From: Fimicolochytrium jonesii
Taxonomy: Eukaryota
Assembly: GCF_025526975.1 (NCBI RefSeq)
Contig: NW_026515691.1
Location: 372,001-436,000, forward strand
Direction: 5' to 3'
Length of the DNA: 64,000 nt
In this document: in pieces, positions 25,339-40,890 of the stretch
Layout of the letters: every line of letters begins with the position of its first letter
Numbering within the stretch: the first letter of the stretch is position 1
Position numbers and translations under genes: made by a program
Notes under the pieces: model-generated
Databases searched by the model: none
Seen by the model: only the letters and a program-made list of their open reading frames with translations
Told to the model about the DNA's origin: nothing

Positions 25339-26862
25339 TCACACACCCCCCAAAACCTGCCGAACAGCCCAATCCGCCGCCCTCCCCTCCTCCGCTGCAA
25401 CCACAACCCCCACCAGCTCCTCCAACCGCCCCACGTCCCGTTCACGCCGCCCGCGTTCCTCGTTCAGTTGCTGGTGCAGTTCGGTGGTGGTTGTGTGGGT
25501 TTCCGTCGCGGACTGTAGGGTTGGGATGGGGTGTGTGAGATATCTAGTGAAGATTGGGTGTGTGATGGTTTTGAGTGATACCTTTTCCAAGGCTGTAATC
25601 CGGGCTTCTAACGCCTGGCAGCGTGCTTGGAGTGTGTGGATGGCGTCTGTCTGCATATCGTTTGTTTGTTGTAGCTGTCCCCCCCCAAAAAAACCGATTA
25701 ACATCTCCGTTTTCCCGTCCGTCCCGCCACTCTCCTCCCGGCTCCGCCAACTGTGCCTCAACGCTCACCTTCTCGATATATCGCGTCGCACGACTACTCA
25801 CGTCGCGCACGAGTGCTAGAGCTTCCGCGAGTTTTGGCACCGTTGCGTTTTCGTCCTGCACGGCCCAACCACACACCCCGTTCAGCCACTGCCCGCGACC
25901 CCGGACGTCCTCCACCCTCTCGAGCTCTCCGTGCAATACATACATACATCACCCGACCTATTCTCCTCATCATGATCGCTGACATCGTCATGAATGTCGT
26001 CGCCGCCCGCAAAGGGCTCCCCGATCTGCGCCGAGAGCGATTCAGCGAGATGCCGCATGCCCAGCGTGGCTTGGCGGAGGTGCTGGAGGGGGATGTGGAT
26101 CTCGTGCGGGGGCGATTTCCGTGCGCGGGGAGCGCTCCTGTTTCGGTTCTGGGAGCCGTGTCTGTTCAGCTCTGCGGCAGAGGGTCGATCTGTCGTGGCA
26201 GCCAGGACTTTTCGTGTACCCGCCGACCGCGAGGGTTTGTGCTCAGCCAAGGCCCGATGCGTCCGTTCCCACACCTGCACCTCGGTCTCAAAATCCACCT
26301 CCTCATGCTTCGTCTGCGTCACATTCAGCGGCGTCGTTGGATCCTTGTTCTCCGCAAAGTCTGTGTTTTCATCAGAATGGCGGCGGGACGAGACGGGCTG
26401 CAGCTCAATGTCGTCGGCGTGGTATGGGCTGCTCTTGTGATTCGGATCGCTGTCGATGGGTTCGAAGGTGTAGCGGGTTGTTGTTGGGGCGAAGAGCCGG
26501 TGTGAGTGGGTGTATTTGAGGGAGTTGGCGGCGCGGAGTTTCTACATGGATTCACATTGGGTATGTTATTCGATGTCCCACAATGAATCCGTCGTTGCGG
26601 GGTCCGCTTCGAAGCGCCCCCCCCCCCCCCCCCCTCATATGCTCAAACACACCTGCTGCAACGGCGATAACTTCAACGCCGTCAAATCCTGCGTCGTCGC
26701 ATCCCACTCCTTCTTGCGGCTCGTCGGTTTCGGTTTCTTGGCGGATAGGGGTGTCGGCGTTGGGGTGTGTGGGGATGGTTTCTTACCGCTGGCGGTGTTG
26801 CTGCTGAGGATGCCTGGTTTCTTGCGGGTGAGTGGGGAGGGGGTGGGTGCGTGGGTGGTCAT
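25339..26862 (-). CDS. Hypothetical coiled-coil protein with a SPICE1-like N-terminal motif (multi-exon)
   Basis: Coding-like exons with GT-AG boundaries. KKEWDATTQDLTALKLSP resembles the SPICE1 N-terminal EWDxTxxDL motif. Coiled-coil C-terminus. Confidence 0.45.
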
Positions 26863-27253
26863 TTGTGTTGGTGGGAAATGCGAGGATGGGGAAGTTCGAG
26901 CGGGATGGCGGAAAGATTGCCTGCACCTCTTGTAACAGGGCGCTCAACCCTGCAAAAAGGAGCAAGCGAAAGAGAGTGTGGAGGGAGACCAGGGGGGAGA
27001 TTGTGAACACCTCTGTGAGTGTGCCGAGTGCCCGCATGTCCGAACGGCGCGTGTCCGACCGCTGCTCTCCATTCTCTCCCTCCCCCTTTTCTCGCTTCCC
27101 AACACTCCCAAGCGTCCTCCTCCCTCGTACTGTACTTCCAGACTCCTTCATTCGCTCACCAGTCCTCACAATCCCACCACAGTCCACTCAAACACACCTA
27201 TCAGTCTCCTAACACACCTCTCCCCAGACGCACAGCGCTTATTTCCCCGACAA

Positions 27254-27877
27254 ATGCTCTCCCACCTCGCCGACCAAGGCGACGCCATCCTCCTCGCCCC
27301 ACCCTCCACCCCAACCGCACCATCCCCCCCTCACCTCCACCGCCTCCCCTTCGGCATCGACCACACGGGCCCCGCGACCGTCAGCCGCTTTTTCGTTGTC
27401 GCCGATGAAAGAAGTCAAAAGCCGGGGGATAATACCGCACAGGGAGATAAAGGGCGGCCGATGGTCAGCTCGACGTTCAGAGGCCGGCGGCTGCTAGGCG
27501 TCCGGATGGATGTGCCGGACGGGTATGAAGGTGTGTGTGTGTGTCATTTTCCTTAGTCGGAACATGGGCCCCCATCAACCAACACGCCCAAACACCCCAA
27601 CAATAGGCCGGATATACAAAGACGCCCCGCCGCCGCCCGGACGCAGGGACTACACCCGCGCGAAGCAGATATCCGCGACGTTCGATCGGTTCACGGCGTG
27701 GGTGCATGACGAGACGCCCGGTGTGGCGAACTGCGATGCGGTGCGGGCACTTGCGTGGTTGGAGATGGCGGAGGATGTGAGTTCCCGTTTTTGCGGTGAT
27801 GAGATGTGCCACGACACTCGGTGTTGATTTCTGCCTTCGGTGAATGCTAGATACATGCGCATATACAACCGCTGTGA
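27254..27877 (+). CDS. RNH203: Ribonuclease H2 subunit C (2 introns)
   Basis: LHRLPFGIDHTGPATVSRFF, STFRGRRLLG..VPDGYEG, FDRFTAWVHD, ALAWLEMAED|IH. Confidence 0.88.
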
Positions 27878-27992
27878 ACGCACGCTAGCGGTGAGGAAAA
27901 GGAATAGGGAAAGAATGATACAAATGAGGTGCTATCTACATATCAGCGGAAAGGGGGGGCGCAAAAGCGATAAGACCCCAAACTTTCTTGCA

Positions 27993-30679
<2,687 letters not shown>

Positions 30680-32183
30680 GATGGGGGTTGGATTTGGGGT
30701 GATGGGAGATGGGTGATACTACTGTGGTATGAATGTGAAGGAATACAACGGTTGGCGAACGAGTTCAGTTGAGGAGTGTTATAGTATGGATGTGTTGAGG
30801 AACCGGGCAGTATTGGAAGATTGGAAGATTGGATGTTCTTGGGGGTTTATCGGAAATGGAAAGTTCCCGTAGCTATGACGGATCTTTTCATAACGAGCAT
30901 TTTGGGGGGGAAGAGGGCAGCGGAAGAACCGATGGGGAGACTGGGGTTGGGGGGGAAAGCCACCTTTTTCGGGCGATGACTTCACACCTGCGCTCGCTTC
31001 TGTGTGAGGGAGAGATCCTGGACACGCGCATGCGAGAGACTGTGAGGTCATCGCTCCGCCGTCCGGACAGACAGGCACCCCTGGCACACAGACGGCTGAA
31101 CAGGAACTTGACAGTGAAGAACAGGAACTTGAACTGCGGCATGCGGAAAAGGGCTTGCCGCACGTTCATAACTTTAGCGCCTCGAAGTGGTTGCGATAGA
31201 TGCACCTCGACAGAAGTCTTCTAGTACCGGAAACAAAGAGAATGAAAAGAATGGCGAGAGTACCCGTGCAGTCACGTGTGCAAATCCTCATCCAAATCCA
31301 CAAGTCCAAGTCGCAAGTTGTGACGCCTATACAGTATGTGTACAATAACGAAACCCTAACTTGAGGGTTGCTGATCAGAAATGGGGGGGAAGTGGGATGG
31401 GGGTGTCAATTAGAAGGACCCACACCACCCTCCCACACCACCCTCAAGTTCTCCCTTGTCTGATCTTTCCCTCGTGGTGCGTCCAGTGGGGGAGATCACA
31501 TCATGTAAAATAATGGGGGGGGTTGCAAGAAGTCCGCCCGCAGACAAATTTTGCGAGTGGGAATATTATTCCATCAGAATGCATATTTGCGGCTGTTACC
31601 AGGGTCCAGACGGACATCAAATGAGGATGTGAGTGTTGGTACCGCGCGACGGGGGGCGGATTGACAGCCACACCCCCCTTTGTTTCTGGACTTGAAGCGA
31701 CTCTGGGAAAGACTCAGGGCAACATGATTGAGAAGGATGGTCTGCGGCTCCTGTCGCCCGCCCCACTGGCTGATGGACTGCCATATGCCAGGTGCATTGT
31801 CCTGTAATATCGCGGAGCTTCTGTTCTCTCCAGACAACCACAAGGCTCCAACGCTACACCCGATTCTCATTTCTCATTATTCCCCTCTGCAGATAGCCAG
31901 GCTGCAGGTCCCAGGTCCCACTTTACAACGTCGGCGTAATAATCCCCCTGAGCCCCACACCTTTTGCGGTCCAACCTCCCCTTAACTCTCTGTTCGGCAT
32001 CACCCGCTGTCCAACCAAACCTCGTCGCTTCCTCCACAAAGCCAAGGACGTACGTCGTGCTTCCCTCCACATTAACCAACCCCCCGCAGCGCATACCACT
32101 TTCCATTGCAGCAATAGTCGACTATATATATACCTCATTTGTGCACCTCTTACTCAGTTCCTCACCGAGGTGTGCTTCACGCA

Positions 32184-35100
32184 ATGTCGGAGCCGTCTAC
32201 CGCCACCGTCCCGACCCCGCCCGCTTCGCCTCTGCCCAAGCCTGCCGCTACCCCTGCACCGCGAAAAGTCCCAGGTCCCGGCGTCGTGCGAACAACTCCG
32301 CTCTCGGTCCCAGTGGCTCATGATATCACCTCGCTACTCCTCTCCCTTCAAGGCCTCGATCAGCGTCTCTCGCCATACGTTCGTCCCACCGTCCGAACGG
32401 CCCGCTACCTCTTGACATGGAAGAACCCATATGCGTCCTTGCTCACCGTCGCTGTCTATTGCCTGCTCGTCCAAGCCGGATGGAGCTGGACGACGCACAC
32501 CGTGTTCGCGGCGATCGTCGCAGGCCTCGGATTCGCTTATGCCCGTCGCCTAGGAGCCGCTGGAGCCGGCGGCATCGTCGGTGCAAGGACCCGCCCGGCC
32601 CCCCGAACGATCCCGCAGCTTCTTCACTCTTTTATTTGGATGGCCTCATCTCTCCACTCCATCGTTGACGTGATCGACAGCGTCGCCAGACTGCTTACTT
32701 TCACTCGTCGCTCCGAATCGGCCTCTCTGGGCTTGTTCCGTGCGGTCCTCATCCTGTGGGCGACCGTCGCCTTTGTTGCCTTTTTATTTGGGTTCAAGCC
32801 CATCTTGCTGGTGATTGGAGTCCTGATCCTTGCGTGGCGAAGCGACCCTCTGCAGAAGCTGAGGATCATTGCAAGCACGCATCTGACCGACACCACCCGC
32901 AAGTTGGGACTTGATGTCCAGTGGATCGACGAGGAGGACCTCGAACAAGAAGACGATGTCGTGGCCAAGGAGGCTGGAAGTGAGATCACGCTCCGCCGAG
33001 CCAGCGAGGTCGCTGCCCGTCAACTCATGGGCAATGCTGGCCCTCGACCTGCACCACCGCAAGGTGTTCGCCGAGTCCCCGCCCCGAACGGTGCCCCTGC
33101 TGCTGGACCGGCGGGTGCCACCGTGAGAAGGGTCGTGCGGCCGGGTCCTAGGCCTGCTGCAGCAGCCAAACCTGCCGCCGCTGGAGCTACGTCCAACGTC
33201 CCTGTGCGAACTGCTCCCCCTGTGAAGAAACCTGCTGTCGCTGCAACACCGGCGGTGAAGCGCTCGAACCTGCCGCCTACCGCGCCACTCCCTGCGCTGG
33301 TTGACGAGGTGGACTTGGAGGAGCGAAAAGCGGTTTCCGATGACATCCCACATCAACCATTGGATGTCATCGAGGAGGAGCCCGAGGTGGACGGTAAACT
33401 TGCTGCACCCACCATCGCTCCAGCTGCGGAACAGAACACAACAGAATCCAAGCCACAAACAGAGGGACTATCTCCCGCAGCGCCCGTGAGCGTCGCGGCT
33501 ACGAAAGAGTTCATAGCCGTTCAACGACCCAACTCCGTAACAAGTTCTGTCTCTTCTTCTGACGGTACCACAGACCGTCTCAAGTCCCGTCTCGCGCAGA
33601 TCGTCACAAGCCGCACGCCCCCATCCTCCCCACCACCAGCGACGCCCGCAGAGGAGGTCTCAACCGACCCAATCGCTGCTGCTGGTGCTGCTGTGGACCT
33701 CAAAGGCGACGATGACGCGCCTGGTTTACTGGACAACATGCCGCTTACCCCCGAACCTGTCGACATTGACGAATCCGGGGTAACGGTCGACGTGCACCCG
33801 GACTGGGGTCTCCCGGGTGATGATGACGATTATCGCCGCGACAAATACGGCAGTTTGCTCCGTAACCGCAAAAGGGACGAGGATGTTGATTCCGAGCGCT
33901 TGGAGTACGAGACGCAGATTGAGCAGGAAAGGGAGAGGGATCTGCCCTTTGATTCTCGCCGGACCGATCGACGTGCTGAGAGTGATCGTGAGGACGAACC
34001 GCCGCGGTCTCGCGTGCATGAGTTGTCGGGCCACCACCGCAGCCTGTCCGCGTCGACTATCGACGATCTCGCTGAGCTTTCCCACCCGCGAAACTCCTTC
34101 ATGAACAAAACGCCCTCCCCGCGCCCGTCGTCGTCGTTATCCTCCTCATCGTCCCCACCGCGTCCTCACATCGACCCCAACGGATCCTTTTCCCGCCCCC
34201 GCCGCGCATCGGACACGTTCAGGCCCGCCGTGCCCACCAGCTTGAACCGCAGCAACCGGTCAGCGTCGGTATCGACCGGTTCCTCAGGTATCAGCGACAG
34301 CCACATCGACTCGCACTTCAGAACCCAGCGCCCGCATTTCGAGAACCGCACGGGATCCGACACCGACCACATGTACCAAAACCGTAACATGTCGGAACCC
34401 CAGCTACGCGCCGGCCGCATCCCGCGCGAGATGATCCCGCCCCGCTCCATCTCCACCACTTCGCAATCCGACCCCGCCAGGATGGGCAGCGGCGGCCGCA
34501 CCCCCCGCGACGGCGGCCACCGCCCCTCCTTCGCTTCCTCCTCCGGCGCCAGCAACCGCTCCTCCATCCGCGGATCCAACCGCAAACCCCTCAACCTGGT
34601 CCTCAGTTTCGAAACCTACGAGAACCAGCGCTGGTGGGTCGGCGTCGGTTGGGTCCCGCACCTGCTCCCCACGGAGCGCGGACAGTGGACCGACATCAAT
34701 GGCGACCACAACCTGCCGAAATCCTCCTTCGACCTGCCCCTGTTCAACAAGGAGCATCTCGAACTCATCCGCTCCGGCGGCGTCAAACCCGCGGGTAACG
34801 GCAACTCCCCCACGTCCCCGACCCCCTTGAACGGCGGCACGCCCACCCCTCTCCCCGACGACTTTATGTGGGACCTCGACACGGCGTCCACGCGGTACGC
34901 CTGGGACTGGGACGGCCCCTGGTTCATCGACATGGCGAAACAGAGCGAGAAGCTCATCGACGAGGACGGGTGGGAGTACGGCGACAATTTCTGGTCCGGG
35001 TGGAAAGCGCGCAAGACCCTCAAACGCGTCATCCGCCGGCGGCGGTGGGTGAGGCTGGCACGGTTGTTTGAGATCGGACAGCGCCGGAGCGTACGCTTTG

Positions 35101-35870
35101 GAGCGAGTACGGTGCTGCAGGAGGGCGAGCTGGAGCCGTATGATCTGGATCTGGACCAGCATCAGAGCAGGCACTACCATATCTCCGCTGCGATGGGGTA
35201 CGATGACCAGGCCTCCCATGATGGGAGCAGCGACGCGGGGAACGATGCCGGAGTTGGAATGCATAACCCCAACAGGCGGTGGATGGCCGAACCGGACTCG
35301 TATGACGATGACCAACACCATCACCACGATGACGGGTACCCACCCTACGACCCACCCGCCGCGCCGGTAACATCCGACGAATACGACCGCTATGAGAACT
35401 TCTACGACGACCAACAGCAGCAGCAGCAGCAGGGACATGAGTATGTGGATGAAGATGAGTACGCTGATGACGCGGCGTACCATCAGTACAACAACAGCAG
35501 TCGATCGTCACCCCAACACCACCTGCAACAAGCAGCCGACCCCCGCCACGCCCTCTCCCCCTCCGTCACATCCGCTTCCCTCCCCTCGCAGCACACCATC
35601 ACCCCCGACGACAACCCCCGCTACCCCGACAACCCGTACATCGACGAACGACGTGCGTCGGCGGATTCGCGGGAGGTCATCACCCCCCCCGCCAACGTGA
35701 CCCCCGCCGCCCCGGCGAGGAGGGAAGAGAAGCGGGAGGAGAGGAAGGAGCGCAAAGAGGAGAAGAAGGAACGGAAGGAGGAGAAGCGCAAGGAGAAGGA
35801 TGACAAGAAGCGAGAGAAGGAACGGAAGAAAGTTAGGCTGGATCCGTTCTTGGGGGATGCGTTGTTGTGA
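32184..35870 (+). CDS. Pex23/Pex24/Pex30-family peroxin (membrane domain + DysF domain), intronless
   Basis: N-terminal LLTWKNPYASLL hydrophobic region and DysF motifs FETYENQRWWVGVGW..LLPTER, DEDGWEYGDNFW and RRRRWVR. Confidence 0.85.
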   Translation: MSEPSTATVPTPPASPLPKPAATPAPRKVPGPGVVRTTPLSVPVAHDITSLLLSLQGLDQRLSPYVRPTVRTARYLLTWKNPYASLLTVAVYCLLVQAGWSWTTHTVFAAIVAGLGFAYARRLGAAGAGGIVGARTRPAPRTIPQLLHSFIWMASSLHSIVDVIDSVARLLTFTRRSESASLGLFRAVLILWATVAFVAFLFGFKPILLVIGVLILAWRSDPLQKLRIIASTHLTDTTRKLGLDVQWIDEEDLEQEDDVVAKEAGSEITLRRASEVAARQLMGNAGPRPAPPQGVRRVPAPNGAPAAGPAGATVRRVVRPGPRPAAAAKPAAAGATSNVPVRTAPPVKKPAVAATPAVKRSNLPPTAPLPALVDEVDLEERKAVSDDIPHQPLDVIEEEPEVDGKLAAPTIAPAAEQNTTESKPQTEGLSPAAPVSVAATKEFIAVQRPNSVTSSVSSSDGTTDRLKSRLAQIVTSRTPPSSPPPATPAEEVSTDPIAAAGAAVDLKGDDDAPGLLDNMPLTPEPVDIDESGVTVDVHPDWGLPGDDDDYRRDKYGSLLRNRKRDEDVDSERLEYETQIEQERERDLPFDSRRTDRRAESDREDEPPRSRVHELSGHHRSLSASTIDDLAELSHPRNSFMNKTPSPRPSSSLSSSSSPPRPHIDPNGSFSRPRRASDTFRPAVPTSLNRSNRSASVSTGSSGISDSHIDSHFRTQRPHFENRTGSDTDHMYQNRNMSEPQLRAGRIPREMIPPRSISTTSQSDPARMGSGGRTPRDGGHRPSFASSSGASNRSSIRGSNRKPLNLVLSFETYENQRWWVGVGWVPHLLPTERGQWTDINGDHNLPKSSFDLPLFNKEHLELIRSGGVKPAGNGNSPTSPTPLNGGTPTPLPDDFMWDLDTASTRYAWDWDGPWFIDMAKQSEKLIDEDGWEYGDNFWSGWKARKTLKRVIRRRRWVRLARLFEIGQRRSVRFGASTVLQEGELEPYDLDLDQHQSRHYHISAAMGYDDQASHDGSSDAGNDAGVGMHNPNRRWMAEPDSYDDDQHHHHDDGYPPYDPPAAPVTSDEYDRYENFYDDQQQQQQQGHEYVDEDEYADDAAYHQYNNSSRSSPQHHLQQAADPRHALSPSVTSASLPSQHTITPDDNPRYPDNPYIDERRASADSREVITPPANVTPAAPARREEKREERKERKEEKKERKEEKRKEKDDKKREKERKKVRLDPFLGDALL

Positions 35871-36142
35871 ATGAGGGATTGAGTGATTGGATAGTATAGT
35901 ATATAGGACCCCCCCCTCGCGACGTATACTTCGTGCGGCGTATGAATAGGACACAGATAGAGAAGACTAGGATTTTTTTTTCTTGTTCACCGCACCCCCC
36001 CGCGCTTTTTTTCTTTATACATATATCAATAATACGTTTGTGAATCTGACTCATGTCCCATCCCAATCATTCGAATCACATTTCTTCCGAGAACTAAGGA
36101 TCTTACAAAATGTTCGGCCCCCCCAAAATCACCAAGAACCTC

Positions 36143-36649
36143 TCACACCCTCCGCCGCATCATCCCCTCAAACTCCCTCCACCCAACCCTCCCCTCCCTC
36201 GCGACACACGCATACGCCTCCTCCACCACCCCGCGGGGCACCGCACCCCCGGCAACCCGCCGCACCAGCGCCGCGAAATCCCCCAGCGTGATGTACCCCC
36301 GGCAGCCCCCGTCGGCGGCTCGGAACGCGTGGCGGACGGTGGAGGTGTCCGTGGTGGATGCGAGCGCGAGCGGACGGAAGGCGGTCTTGTGGCCCGCGAG
36401 CGTGAGCCACTCCTCCATTGTGATCCGCACGTCATCGCCCCCGCGTGAATGTGGATCATCACCCCCCCCATGGGAGGGCAGGACGGAGAGGAGGTGGTTG
36501 AGTTCCCATTTGGAGGGCTTGCAGCCGAGGAGGCCGGTGAGGGCGACTTTGAGGTCGCGGCGGGTGAGATGCCCTTTTTGGGCGGTGTCGGCGCGGTGGA
36601 AGATTTGGACGAGATGCGGGTGGGGTGCGGGGGTGGGTGGGGATGGCAT
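36143..36649 (-). CDS. EF-hand calcium-binding protein, EFCAB11-like
   Basis: FHRADTAQKGHLTRRDLKVALTGLLGCKPSKWE, AFRAADGGCRGYITLGDF, and GRVGWREFEGMM. The pattern matches EFCAB11. Confidence 0.75.
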   Translation of the reverse strand: MPSPPTPAPHPHLVQIFHRADTAQKGHLTRRDLKVALTGLLGCKPSKWELNHLLSVLPSHGGGDDPHSRGGDDVRITMEEWLTLAGHKTAFRPLALASTTDTSTVRHAFRAADGGCRGYITLGDFAALVRRVAGGAVPRGVVEEAYACVAREGRVGWREFEGMMRRRV

Positions 36650-36848
36650 GGGTGATGATGCTGGGGGTCCGGGACAATCTGCACAGGGATGGGACGGGGG
36701 AGATCAGAGTTCCGTTTCCGACGTCCCAGACTGTGAGAGACTGTGAGTCCTGAGAGTCCCGAGGAGTCTGAGAGGATTGTGAACAGCAGCACAACACGTC
36801 CCGCCCCCGACCTCGCTCGCACAGTCCAATCACTTGACGAACATACAT

Positions 36849-37352
36849 ATGGAAGTCGTAGAACTGCGCTCCGCTCACTGTGACTGTTGTCCCCCCCAAT
36901 GCTCTCCGCCGACCTACAGTACCTACCGCGTTCTCCCGACACTCCCTGTTCCAGTGAGCAATGCACAAGTCCTCCATTTCCTCAAGGAGGTCCACCAAGA
37001 CCACGTCCCACCGAGCGTGCCCGCACGCTTCGGGTTTGCGCAGGAGGACCCGCTGGATGATGTACGGTCGCTTGAGAAGGAGGTATGTATGGATCACAGT
37101 GCCCATTCCTATCCGTCTCTTGGTCTCACCCTTGAATTTCACCTCGCCAGACAATAGCATACCTCGAAGGCACCCCCGCCTCCAGCCAATCCGAACGCGA
37201 GATCGCACCGGTTCTCGGATGACCAGCAGGAGGCTATGGTTGCGCTTGTGCATGAGCTGTTGCCTTATGAGGAGCCGGAGGCTGAGGGTGCGGGCGACGT
37301 GATGGAAGGGGTTGAGGGGGCGAATGGGGACATCGCGAATATGGAGAGGTAA
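36849..37352 (+). pseudogene. RPC17: RNA polymerase III subunit Rpc17/RPC9 with an internal deletion and frameshift (pseudogene or assembly defect)
   Basis: Spliced MEVVELRSAHLSNAQVLHFLKEV..RSLEKE|TIAYLEGTPASSQSEREIA, followed by a frame change to RFSDDQQEAMVALVHELL. The segment expected between them is absent. Confidence 0.7.
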
Positions 37353-38941
37353 TCTGCATCTCGCAATGGAATGGGATGCGCGATTTTTGGCATGGAAGAT
37401 TGGGATGGTCGGTTGCCTGCTGCTGGCTCCCGCTTGGAGCAATATGTGCGCTCCATGTGGGAAGGCGGACGGAGCCAAGATGTCAGCTTGGAAACTGCGC
37501 GGAATGGGAAGGAATGCCCCTATGCCCGAAGCAACATACAGAAGGATATGGTTCGAAAGGCCGGGGACTTCCCGTTCCCGTCGACGGATATTACTCTGGC
37601 TGCGTACAGTATGCTGGCATACTGGCTACTTCTGGAGCTTTGGGTGCCCGCCTACTGGCGATTGGGTGGACGTTGCGTCTCGCCGGCAGCCAGCAGGAAA
37701 CATATGCGTTTGCCGTGTAAGTAGTCGTTGGGATTTTGAACATAACGAGACTAAATACCGGCGGCTTTCCCAGCCGGAATTCTGATGAGCGTCAAGATGA
37801 CTGATTGGCTTGAGATTACGGTCGATTGGTTTCCTGATGAGCGAGGCCCCGACCCTTTCCACATTCATCTGTTTGCAAGGAACGCGAGCATAGCTTGCAA
37901 CCTGATTTTTCAAAAGTCGGACCCAGGGCTCCAAGCCGCATGCGCGTCTTACCCCGTAATGTTGAAAGTGCGTAACAAGAAGACCTCAAGTCTTTCATGA
38001 GTGGGTTGCGGCGAGCGTGATGTTGTTGCTGCCGCCGGTCTTTGTCGCATCAAACCAAGGTACTTCCGGCTGTCGAATGCATCCCAGAAACGAAAGGCTG
38101 CGCATGCTCAACGGACGACCTCAGCACAGGTGCCAGTTCCGGGTTGACTCCAACTGGCGGTGGAGCTACAATTCAATACGGCACGTCCCCACCGCCGCCG
38201 GTATGAGCCCACCTCTCGCGCCGAATGTCGAGCACTTTCTGAGACCACCCGCCGTCGGACAAAAGACCTACGAGCTCCTCGTCCGACGTTTCCCGTTAGT
38301 CACAAAGTCATCGCCGAAGAGCCGGGTATAACCATTGCCGCATCTCCGCCACTGACTCTGGGATGTTGTTGGACCCCCGAACTTCCGTTGGAGGCCCTCG
38401 TGTGTGCGGTCGGTTGGAGGAGCGGAAGGCGTGCTCGGAAGCGAGACAGGTGACTAGACCTCCCCGCTTGAGGTGGGGTTGGTGGGTTATGATGTGGTTG
38501 GTGATGTCGTCCATGGTGTCGCTGTCGACGTATTCGGTCGTTACTGGCAGGGAAGTAGACAGTAAGCCAAAGGCAATGAGAAAATACTGAGCCAAGGAGA
38601 TTTGAGTGATGACTATGACTAGCTTTTGTGTGGGAGAGAACAGCAACAGAGAGTTGCTGTACAATACGGGCCAAATGGGTTGTAAAATGTCGTGATAGTT
38701 TCCCCACTCGTCCGATTCCGAACTCGGTTTCAACCTTTTCAACGCAACAGCAGCAGCACAGCAACCAAATACGGACAGATAGACCGACTCAGAGACCGAC
38801 TGGCTTCGGGCACATAGCAAGCAGCGCCTTACCACATTGTTGGTGATACGAGATTTGAGAAAGGGTCGGAACACGAAATCCTCGTCGTCGTCACCTTCGA
38901 ATTGCACACAGTTCTCCCCTACCGCCTGAACACATATATAG

Positions 38942-40426
<1,485 letters not shown>

Positions 40427-40756
40427 GTGGATTGAACGAGCCAAATCCAAGACCGTCGGCAAGACGAAGGGGGATAGGGCCAGTCAACCTAATCAAATCA
40501 ACCCTCCCCTCGCCCAAATACCCGTCCCCTGTCCCCCAATCCCTATCTCCTTTGTACATTTTGTTCTTTAATTTTTGGGCTACTGAAGTAGCGGATGGAA
40601 AATGATTTTTTGTCCATTATGACTGTCCGTCGAATGTATCGGGATTGATATTTGAAAGTGTTGTCTTTTTTTGGAAATCCTCATACGCCCTCGGGAGATT
40701 GCTCGCTGCGTTTAGTAAAGCCCTAGATCCTGCAACCCCCCGAATCGCGTGAACCG

Positions 40757-40769
40757 CTAACCCTAACCC
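40757..40769. promoter_or_regulatory. Telomere-like CTAACCCTAACCC motif upstream of YME1
   Basis: Read directly, about 120 bp upstream of the inferred ATG at 40891. Function is inferred only. Confidence 0.35.
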
Positions 40770-40890
40770 GAGCGGAACTTCCCGACTTTCCCGACATTCG
40801 GGACTGGCTTACTTTCCACTTACTTCTCTATAGTCTAGTTCTGATCTGGCAACATCTTCTCTCAAACTGCACCTAGTACATAGTAGATCG

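Noticed and set aside
34404..35483. Long antisense ORFs (also 43019-44065, 47226-47960, 36459-37478)
   Set aside because: These are shadows of GC-rich sense genes with no recognisable domains.
37371..38900. Possible gene or pseudogene between RPC17 and ESA1
   Set aside because: Only short ORFs with stops and no recognisable motif, so it cannot be supported.
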